From positions 3,415 to 67,414 of the forward strand of contig CACIED010000002.1 of assembly GCA_902585605.1 (NCBI GenBank): DNA of 64,000 nt. Reading direction: 5' to 3'. Position numbers and translations under genes: made by a program. Position 1 is the stretch's first letter; each line of letters starts with the position of its first letter. The DNA is from an uncultured Alphaproteobacteria bacterium (lineage in GTDB: Bacteria; Pseudomonadota; Alphaproteobacteria; HIMB59; GCA-002718135). This document shows, piece by piece, positions 19,937 through 27,319 of the stretch. Under the pieces are notes generated by a model. That model made no database searches and was not told the DNA's origin. It worked only from the letters and a program-made list of their open reading frames with translations.

Positions 19937-21075
19937 TGAAGAAAATTTCATTATCATCAATCTTATCACAATTATTATTATTATTTTTTGTAATTATATG
20001 GATCATTCCGACGTTTGGACTTTTTATAAGTTCTCTAAGAGATAAAGATTTACTAGCTATCAGTGGCTGGTGGACATCTTTGACTACAACTGAAATAAAT
20101 GAAATTTATAGAATGCCTGGAATGAATGCACAAATTGAAGAAGGGGGATATTTTAAAATTAAAGGAAATTTATTTGAAGAAAATTCTGGAAAAAAAATCC
20201 AAAGTTTTGGAATAACTTCAAAAAAAATTAATGAATTCAATGTTAGTGAGGTAGCAGTTTTTAAAGATGAGAGCGAAGTAACTGTAGATGAAGATGGAAA
20301 TTATGAATGGCTATCAAAGGAGGCATTTAAAAAGAAAAAAGGTAAAAGGTTATTTACAACATCTTTAAGTCCACCTTCATTTACTTTTGAAAATTATAGA
20401 GAAGTTTTATTTAAAGAAGGAATTGGAAGAGCATTTATTAATACAATGGCTGTTGCCCTACCATCTACTTTAATTCCATTAATAATATGTTCTTTTTTTG
20501 CATATTCATTAACATGGATGAAATTTTATGGAAGGGATACACTTTTAGCAATAATAATTGCATCTCTGGTTGTTCCACTTCAAATGTCTCTAATACCAAT
20601 ACTTACAATTTATAATGATTTTGGTGCATTATTTGGTGTTGCAGCTAAATCATATCCAGGAGTATGGATGGCTCATACTGGTTTTGGATTAGCATCAACT
20701 ACCTTTTTATTAAGAAATTTTTTAAAAAGTTTACCTAATGAAATGATGGAGGCAGCTAAAGTTGATGGTGCGTCTCATTATGATATTTTTTTACGCATAA
20801 TTATACCTTTATCAATACCAGCCTTTGCATCAATATTTATATTACAATTTTTATGGTGCTGGAATGATCTATTAGTTGGTCTTGTATTTTTGGATCAAGT
20901 TCCAAGTGAAATAATTTTAACTGCTAAGTTAAAAGAGTTACTTGGATCTAGAGGAGAAAATTGGGAAATCTTAACAACTGGGGCTTTTGTGTCAATGACA
21001 GTTCCTTTATTTATCTTTTTTGCCTTACAGAGATATTTTATAAGAGGTTTAGTAGCTGGATCAGTTAAGGGTTGA
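19936..21075 (+). CDS. aglG: Alpha-glucoside ABC permease AglG-like
   Basis: SGWW followed by a periplasmic insertion, VPLQM, EAAKVDGAS and WNDLLV. Confidence 0.85.
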   Translation: MKKISLSSILSQLLLLFFVIIWIIPTFGLFISSLRDKDLLAISGWWTSLTTTEINEIYRMPGMNAQIEEGGYFKIKGNLFEENSGKKIQSFGITSKKINEFNVSEVAVFKDESEVTVDEDGNYEWLSKEAFKKKKGKRLFTTSLSPPSFTFENYREVLFKEGIGRAFINTMAVALPSTLIPLIICSFFAYSLTWMKFYGRDTLLAIIIASLVVPLQMSLIPILTIYNDFGALFGVAAKSYPGVWMAHTGFGLASTTFLLRNFLKSLPNEMMEAAKVDGASHYDIFLRIIIPLSIPAFASIFILQFLWCWNDLLVGLVFLDQVPSEIILTAKLKELLGSRGENWEILTTGAFVSMTVPLFIFFALQRYFIRGLVAGSVKG

Positions 21076-21128
21076 ACGTTAAAACATATTGATTTTTGTT
21101 TGAATTTATCGTTAAATGAAATGATATT

Positions 21129-21150
21129 TGTATGATGATGTTTTCATACA
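21129..21150. promoter_or_regulatory. Inverted repeat TGTATGA-N8-TCATACA upstream of aglK (operator or RNA hairpin)
   Basis: Perfect 7-bp arms in the 103-bp aglG-aglK gap, downstream of a TTGATT-N17-TTAAAT promoter-like motif at 21089-21117. Confidence 0.4.
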
Positions 21151-21178
21151 CTTGAAAGATCGCTCAAAGGAGGATGAA

Positions 21179-22258
21179 GTGGCAGATATAAATATAAATA
21201 CTGTTAATAAATATTTTGGAGACGTTCACGTAATTAAAGACGTATCTCTAGATATCAAAAGTCAATCATTCACAGTTCTAGTTGGACCAAGTGGTTGTGG
21301 AAAATCGACTATGTTAAGAATGATTGCAGGACTAGAAGATATAAATTCAGGTACAATTTCAATTGATGGTCAAGTAGTTAATGATTTGCCACCAAAACAA
21401 AGAAATATTGCAATGGTGTTTCAGTCATATGCATTATACCCTCACATGACTGTATTTGATAACATGGCTTTTGGTTTGAAATTAGAAAAAAGATCAAAAG
21501 ATGAAATTAATGAAAGAGTTAATGAGGCAGCAAGAATTCTTCAAATAGAAGATTATCTTCAAAGAAAGCCAAAGCAACTTTCAGGTGGTCAAAGACAACG
21601 TGTTGCTATTGGAAGAGCAATTACAAGAAAGCCAAAAGTTTTCTTATTTGATGAACCACTTTCAAACCTTGATGCTGCATTAAGAGTTCAAATGAGAGTT
21701 GAATTAGCAAAGCTTCATAATGAACTAGAAGCAACAATGATTTACGTTACACACGATCAGACAGAAGCAATGACTTTAGCTGATGATATTGTTGTTCTTG
21801 ATACAGGTATCGTTTCACAAAAAGGATCTCCACTTGAACTTTATGACAGGCCCAATAATATGTTCGTAGGTGGATTTATTGGATCACCAAAAATGAACTT
21901 TATTTCTAGTAAGATATTAAGCAAAAGTTCTGATGCTACAGAAGTTGATATTATGGGAATGTCAAAAATATCAGTTTCAAAAATGTCAGCATCCTCCTCA
22001 GAGGGTGATTCAGTAACGCTAGGTATTAGACCTGAACACTTAGTAGTAAATGGTGACTCAGATGGATCTTGGGAAAGTAAAGTATTTGTTGTTGAAAAAC
22101 TTGGTGACGTTACTTACCTATACCTTGAAAAAGATGGAGAGCCATTAGTAGCTGAAACTGAAGGACATTCAGAAATTAAAGTTGGAGATACTGTAAAAGT
22201 TGGTTTTCCTGCTGGAAGATGCCAGTTATTTGACAGTTCAGGACAAGCATTTAAATAA
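21179..22258 (+). CDS. aglK: Carbohydrate ABC ATP-binding protein (MalK/AglK type) with TOBE domain
   Basis: GPSGCGKS, FQSYALYPH, LSGGQRQR and FDEPLSNLD. GTG 21179 follows SD AGGAGGA (21168-21174), so the track start at 21128 is too far upstream. Confidence 0.92.
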   Translation: MADININTVNKYFGDVHVIKDVSLDIKSQSFTVLVGPSGCGKSTMLRMIAGLEDINSGTISIDGQVVNDLPPKQRNIAMVFQSYALYPHMTVFDNMAFGLKLEKRSKDEINERVNEAARILQIEDYLQRKPKQLSGGQRQRVAIGRAITRKPKVFLFDEPLSNLDAALRVQMRVELAKLHNELEATMIYVTHDQTEAMTLADDIVVLDTGIVSQKGSPLELYDRPNNMFVGGFIGSPKMNFISSKILSKSSDATEVDIMGMSKISVSKMSASSSEGDSVTLGIRPEHLVVNGDSDGSWESKVFVVEKLGDVTYLYLEKDGEPLVAETEGHSEIKVGDTVKVGFPAGRCQLFDSSGQAFK

Positions 22259-22273
22259 TAGAATCGTATTGAT

Positions 22274-22299
22274 TATTGCCTCTAATATAAGGGGCAATA
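22274..22299 (+). terminator. Probable terminator hairpin after aglK
   Basis: 10-bp stem TATTGCCTCT/AGGGGCAATA (one G-U), 6-nt loop, T6 run starting 6 nt downstream. Confidence 0.6.
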
Positions 22300-22300
22300 C

Positions 22301-22448
22301 ATCCCTTTTTTAAAAATTTTCAATAAATAGCATAAATTTAAACTAAAATAATATCGGGCAGAGGGTTCATATTATTTCCTCCTATAAGAAGTATTCCTCT
22401 TATAAAACTTTTCTGCCCACCAAATTTGAAAAGTTATTTAAGAGGGAT
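22301..22448 (+). ncRNA. Candidate rod-like structured RNA (unassigned; 6S-like or anti-SD sRNA)
   Basis: 22301-22323 pairs with 22426-22448 (19 of 23 positions), 22356-22367 pairs with 22406-22418, and an apical hairpin spans 22383-22404. The G-U pairs form only on the + strand. Confidence 0.4.
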
Positions 22449-22453
22449 ACCAA

Positions 22454-23605
22454 TTATAGTTTTTGTTTTGCAGTCCAAGAATTTTTCTTATTTATTGGAA
22501 TATGTTTATTAAGAGTTAAAAGAACATTTTCAGCTAATTTTCTATACGTCGTTAGTTTTCCTCCATAGATGTTTAATAATGGTGCCTTTGAACCATCCTC
22601 ATTTAAGTCGAATATATAGTCTCTAGTAATCTTTGATGCTTCTTTGAAGTCTTCAATAAGTGGTCTAATTCCAGAATAAGAACTTACTACATCATCACTC
22701 GATATTTGTTTAATGAAATACTTATTTACTGAATTTAATAAATAATCAATTTCACTTTCATCAATTTTTGGATTTTCTGGTGAAAAAACTTCTGTTTCGG
22801 TGGTGCCAATAAGAGAATATTCATCTTTATAGGGTATAACAAAAATTATTCTGTTATCTTCATTTTGTAAAGTGAAAGCTTTTTTTTGACTGTAAAGACT
22901 TTTAGTTATTATGTGACTACCTTTTACAAGTCGAATTGATTTATTTGAATTTAATTTAATGACATTACTTAAAACTTCATTTATCCAAGGCCCAGCAGCA
23001 TTTATAAGGATTTTAGATTTAAGTATAGTATTATCATCTAAAGTTATATCCCAAATATTTTCATTTCGTTTTGCATCTATTACTTTTCTATTTTGAATAA
23101 TCGTAGCCCCTTTTTTCTTTGCATCTTCAACATTTAACTGAACAAGTTTTTTATCATCAACTTGTAAATCATAATATTGGAAACCAATTTTAAATTGATC
23201 CTTTAAAATATTAGGCATTTCCTTTTTAATGTTTATAGTTGAAGATTTTGGTATAGTCATTTTACCACCAATATTATCGTATAAAAATAATCCTAATTTA
23301 ATTAACCATTTAGGTCTTAAAGATTTTTGATAAGGTATAATAAAAGGTATTGGTGTTGTTATATTACTGGCAATTTTTTTAATTACCTCTCTTTCCTTGA
23401 GAGATTCACGTACAAGTCGAAATTCATAATTTTCAAGATACCTTAATCCGCCATGTATTAATTTTGTAGACCAAGATGAAGTGGCTGAGCCAACTGTGTT
23501 TTTTTCAACTAAACAAACTTTTAAATTTCTGCCTGATGCATCTCTAACAATTCCAGCACCATTAATACCTCCACCAATAACTAAAATATCAAAAGTTTCA
23601 TTCAT
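22454..23605 (-). CDS. glpD: FAD-dependent glycerol-3-phosphate dehydrogenase GlpD-like, C-terminally short (383 aa)
   Basis: GGGINGAG, STKLIHGGLRYLE, KGSHI, GIRPL and GGKLTTYR. It ends at ...SWTAKQKL, without the usual LPGG and the domain that follows. Confidence 0.8.
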   Translation of the reverse strand: MNETFDILVIGGGINGAGIVRDASGRNLKVCLVEKNTVGSATSSWSTKLIHGGLRYLENYEFRLVRESLKEREVIKKIASNITTPIPFIIPYQKSLRPKWLIKLGLFLYDNIGGKMTIPKSSTINIKKEMPNILKDQFKIGFQYYDLQVDDKKLVQLNVEDAKKKGATIIQNRKVIDAKRNENIWDITLDDNTILKSKILINAAGPWINEVLSNVIKLNSNKSIRLVKGSHIITKSLYSQKKAFTLQNEDNRIIFVIPYKDEYSLIGTTETEVFSPENPKIDESEIDYLLNSVNKYFIKQISSDDVVSSYSGIRPLIEDFKEASKITRDYIFDLNEDGSKAPLLNIYGGKLTTYRKLAENVLLTLNKHIPINKKNSWTAKQKL

Positions 23606-23612
23606 GCTTAAA

Positions 23613-24203
23613 TTAAATAAATCTATTAATTTCGTGAATTATTATTTCAGGGTCAGTTAAATGTATAGTTAAAAAACCAAGTTTCTTTGCAGCATCAATA
23701 TTCTCTTTTTTATCATCAATAAATACAGTTTCCTCTGGAATTAGATTAAAACGACTTGTAGCTAATTTATATATTTCAGCATTAGGTTTAACCAATTTTT
23801 CTTTTCCAGATATTATTAGTCCATCAAATTTATTTAAGAATGGATATTTTTTATCCATATCTTGAAATGTTTCCCAAGACCAATTTGACAAAACATAACA
23901 CTCATATTGTTTATTTTTTAAATGATCTAAAACATCTACTGAATACTGAAAGATTTTTCTGAACATTTTATGATGATTTTTATAATATAATTTAATTTTA
24001 TCTTCATAATCAGGATAAGTTTTGATTAGATCAGTTTCAGCATCTTTTATAAGTCTTCCAGCATCTTGTTGGATATTCCATTCATCATTGCAAATATTAT
24101 TGAGAAAACTGTCTCTTTCTTCTTTGTCTTTAATTACATCTTTATAAAAATAATGAGGATCCCAATCAAAAAAAACACCACCTAAATCAAAAAGAAATTT
24201 CAT
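23613..24203 (-). CDS. HAD-superfamily phosphatase (YihX-like subfamily IA)
   Basis: FDLGGV, LSNW, KLVKP and FIDD. Confidence 0.85.
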   Translation of the reverse strand: MKFLFDLGGVFFDWDPHYFYKDVIKDKEERDSFLNNICNDEWNIQQDAGRLIKDAETDLIKTYPDYEDKIKLYYKNHHKMFRKIFQYSVDVLDHLKNKQYECYVLSNWSWETFQDMDKKYPFLNKFDGLIISGKEKLVKPNAEIYKLATSRFNLIPEETVFIDDKKENIDAAKKLGFLTIHLTDPEIIIHEINRFI

Positions 24204-24235
24204 GTATAAGTATTTTGTTTATAAATAATTATTAA

Positions 24236-25096
24236 ATGAGTGCATTAATAGACTATATTCAAATAGAAATACACAAAACATATAATAAAAAATATTCTAA
24301 GAAGTATATAGAAGATAAATTAATTCCAATAATAAATTATATTTGCTCTAGTAAATCAAAAAAATTCCTATTTGGAGGGTCTCAGGGTATTGGAAAATCA
24401 TCATTTATTAATATTATCTCTAAAACTATTGAAAAATTTTATAATAAGAAAATACTTTTACTTAGTTTAGATAATTATTATTTATCAAGAAAACAACGAT
24501 CTCAATTATCAAAAAAAATACATCAATTGTTAATAACTCGAGGTGTTCCAGGAACACATGATATTGAAAAATTACTTAAAAATATAAAACAATTCAATAA
24601 AGGTAAATACCCTATCACAACTCCTATATTTGATAAGTTGATTGATGATACGACTAAATCAACAAAAATAACTAAAACTAAATGTGATATTCTTTTCTTA
24701 GAAGGTTGGTGTTGTGGAAGTTCAGAAATTCCAAAAAAAATTCTTCATAAAAATATAAATAATTTAGAAAAAATTAAAGATCCAAAATATCAATGGAGAA
24801 ATTTCTATAATAATAAATTAAAATTAGAATATAAAAAATTATTTAAATTATTTGATGAATTTATTTTTTTGAAAACATCCTCTTTTGATAATGTTTTCAA
24901 ATGGCGGTTAAAGCAGGAAAAAACTAATCAATCAAAAAACAAAAAATCAAAAAGAATGACTTCAAATGAAATTAAATATTTTGTTCAACATTATGAGAAA
25001 ATAACTAAATGGATGATGAAGGATCTAAATAAAAAAGCTCAGATAGTTATTAAATTTGAAAAGAATCATAAAATTTCTTCAATAAATTTTAACTAG
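24236..25096 (+). CDS. P-loop kinase, D-glycerate 3-kinase (GLYK)-like / uridine kinase-PRK superfamily
   Basis: GSQGIGKS, SLDNYYL, TRGVPGTHD, LEGWC and WRLKQE. Confidence 0.7.
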   Translation: MSALIDYIQIEIHKTYNKKYSKKYIEDKLIPIINYICSSKSKKFLFGGSQGIGKSSFINIISKTIEKFYNKKILLLSLDNYYLSRKQRSQLSKKIHQLLITRGVPGTHDIEKLLKNIKQFNKGKYPITTPIFDKLIDDTTKSTKITKTKCDILFLEGWCCGSSEIPKKILHKNINNLEKIKDPKYQWRNFYNNKLKLEYKKLFKLFDEFIFLKTSSFDNVFKWRLKQEKTNQSKNKKSKRMTSNEIKYFVQHYEKITKWMMKDLNKKAQIVIKFEKNHKISSINFN

Positions 25097-25551
25097 AAAA
25101 AAATCCATCTTTTAACCGAATTACAATATCTTTCGAATTCATCACCAAATTTATCTTTTAAATATTTTTCCTCTTCATAAATTACAAAATTATTTAACCA
25201 AAAAAATAATCCTATAGAACAAATAAAATACATAATGTTTTCAAAAGTAAGAAACATACCAAAATGAAATAAAACAAAACATAGATAAATTGGATTTCTA
25301 GAGTAAGCATAAATTCCAGTTTTTATAATTCTATTTGTTTCAGTTTGAGGAGGTAGTTTTTCTTCATGTGCATTAAATGCATTTCTTGAGGAAAAAAATA
25401 CAATTGGCATTAAAATTATAATTAATAATCCAAAAAGATTAAGAATATATAGCAGTGGATATTTAGGAAAAATAAATTCACCTAAAATGTAGGAGGCTAT
25501 CAAAAGATAGACTGAAATATAAAGTGGATTTCCTTTTACATCTGGTCCCAT
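25093..25551 (-). CDS. ICMT/PEMT-family membrane methyltransferase
   Basis: TGIYAYSRNPIY and EEKYLKDKFGDEFERY..V.RW. Confidence 0.85.
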   Translation of the reverse strand: MGPDVKGNPLYISVYLLIASYILGEFIFPKYPLLYILNLFGLLIIILMPIVFFSSRNAFNAHEEKLPPQTETNRIIKTGIYAYSRNPIYLCFVLFHFGMFLTFENIMYFICSIGLFFWLNNFVIYEEEKYLKDKFGDEFERYCNSVKRWIFF

Positions 25552-26211
25552 TTAAAGTTCCTCTATTGCCTTACCTAAACTTTCATAATCACTAAATACA
25601 TTCAAAGCACCATTGTCAAATAATTCATTTTTATCTCTATTTGAATGCCAATGTTTTCCTGCAGTAAGACCAAATACCTTTACTCCTGCTGCAGTTGCTG
25701 CTTTAACACCTACGCCACTATCTTCGATAATGACTGTTTCTTCAATATTAAGTGAATTATCATTTACAACTCTCAAGTATATATCAGGATCAGGTTTTGG
25801 TCTTTTTACCATATCAAATGAGTAAACCTGATCACTTAAAAAAAATTCATCTAATTCAACAAGCTTTAAACCATCCAGAATTCTATCCTTATTACTATTA
25901 GATCCAATAAAATGATTTCTTTCTGATTTACTGATATAGTGTTTTGCTCCTTTGACTAGTTTTAAATCCTTGGAATAAACTTCTGAAACAATATCAAATA
26001 TTTCGTTTGTAAATTTTTCTTTGTTTTCAACCTTATATTCATCAGATAATAAATCTATTACTTCGACTGTTTTTTTTCCGGCATATTTATAAAATTGCTC
26101 CTCTTTAATTGATTGATCAAATTTATTAAAATATTTGGAAAATGCCTTAGAAGCTAAGACCTCACTATCAACTATTACTCCATCAAAATCAAAAATTATA
26201 TTTTTAATCAT
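25552..26211 (-). CDS. HAD-superfamily hydrolase (beta-PGM/CbbY-like)
   Basis: FDFDGVIVDSE, SNS, KPDPDIY and IEDS..GV.AA. Confidence 0.88.
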   Translation of the reverse strand: MIKNIIFDFDGVIVDSEVLASKAFSKYFNKFDQSIKEEQFYKYAGKKTVEVIDLLSDEYKVENKEKFTNEIFDIVSEVYSKDLKLVKGAKHYISKSERNHFIGSNSNKDRILDGLKLVELDEFFLSDQVYSFDMVKRPKPDPDIYLRVVNDNSLNIEETVIIEDSGVGVKAATAAGVKVFGLTAGKHWHSNRDKNELFDNGALNVFSDYESLGKAIEEL

Positions 26212-26215
26212 TATT

Positions 26216-27316
26216 TTATATTTCTGTTATTTTATATTCTGATTTATCTAGCCAGTTAGGATTAATCTCAATACCCCAACCAGGGGTATCTTCAATTTTA
26301 ACCATTCCATTAGATATTTTAAAAGGATCACCTAAAAATAAATTTTGTTGCCATGGATAATAATCTTTACCTTCAATTGAAAATTCAAGATAGGGACCTG
26401 AATTATTTATTGCTTTTAAAAAATGCATTGTACAAATTGTTACTAAAGATAAATTAGCTGTATGTGGAGTACATATAAAACCACCCTTTTCAATAATTTT
26501 AGCAACCTTCAAAGCTTTTGTTAATCCTCCCATGTACATAACATCTGGCTGAAAAATATTTACAATTTTTCTGTTAACCATATCTCTCCAAATTCGCAGA
26601 TCACAATCTTGTTCTCCCCCAGTAACATCTATCTTCAAACTATCAGTAACTTTTTTGGTTTCTTCTGGTTTCCAGTAAGGACAAGGTTCTTCAAAATGAG
26701 TCACATCATTATCTTCTAAAAGTTTCCCAATTTCTATTGCTTGAACAGAGCTATAACAACTGTTTGCATCGACCATCTTAATTACACTTTTATCTAGAGT
26801 AGAATTTATTGTTTTTACTATACTAGGCGTTCTTCCTTCCCATTCATCGATCCCTCTTCCACATTCAGAACCAACTCTAAATTTAAATGCATCAACGCCC
26901 TTTTCATCAAAGAGTTTTTTAAATCTATTTGCTTCGTCATTTGGTGTAATATCTCTTTTCATTGATGAACCATAAATTCTTAAATTTCCTGGAGAACCTC
27001 CTATCAATGAGACTACAGGTTTACTTTCGATTTTACCTTTCAAATCCCACAAGGCTGTATCTAAACCAGCAATTGCTCGTAAAAGATAAGATCCTGGAAA
27101 TTTATGCTCTCTTTCAAAGATAAAATCTTCTAAATCATCAAAATCAAAATATTCTTTTCCTATAACCCAGGGTGCTACTTGTTTATGAAAAATTTGAGCT
27201 GTGATATCTGCATGATAAGTTGACATTTGTCCATAACCAATTGAACCATCCTCAACTGTTATTTTTACAAAACTTACATATGGTTTTGTGAATGTTTCAA
27301 GTTTAACTATTTTCAT
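26216..27316 (-). CDS. Mandelate racemase/muconate lactonizing enzyme (enolase superfamily) member
   Basis: AGLDTALWD, FKFRVG, metal ligands VDAN / FEEP / GGEQ, TPH and YLEF. Confidence 0.88.
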   Translation of the reverse strand: MKIVKLETFTKPYVSFVKITVEDGSIGYGQMSTYHADITAQIFHKQVAPWVIGKEYFDFDDLEDFIFEREHKFPGSYLLRAIAGLDTALWDLKGKIESKPVVSLIGGSPGNLRIYGSSMKRDITPNDEANRFKKLFDEKGVDAFKFRVGSECGRGIDEWEGRTPSIVKTINSTLDKSVIKMVDANSCYSSVQAIEIGKLLEDNDVTHFEEPCPYWKPEETKKVTDSLKIDVTGGEQDCDLRIWRDMVNRKIVNIFQPDVMYMGGLTKALKVAKIIEKGGFICTPHTANLSLVTICTMHFLKAINNSGPYLEFSIEGKDYYPWQQNLFLGDPFKISNGMVKIEDTPGWGIEINPNWLDKSEYKITEI

Positions 27317-27319
27317 TAA

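Noticed and set aside
22301-22448. SRP RNA, tmRNA or a known riboswitch as the identity of the structured element
   Set aside because: No SRP helix-8 GNRA motif, no tRNA-like ends, and no TPP/SAM/glycine/cobalamin consensus recognised. It also lies between convergent genes, not in a 5' leader.
25093-25551. Methanethiol S-methyltransferase MddA (DMS production)
   Set aside because: At 152 aa it is much shorter than MddA and carries only generic ICMT/PEMT motifs.
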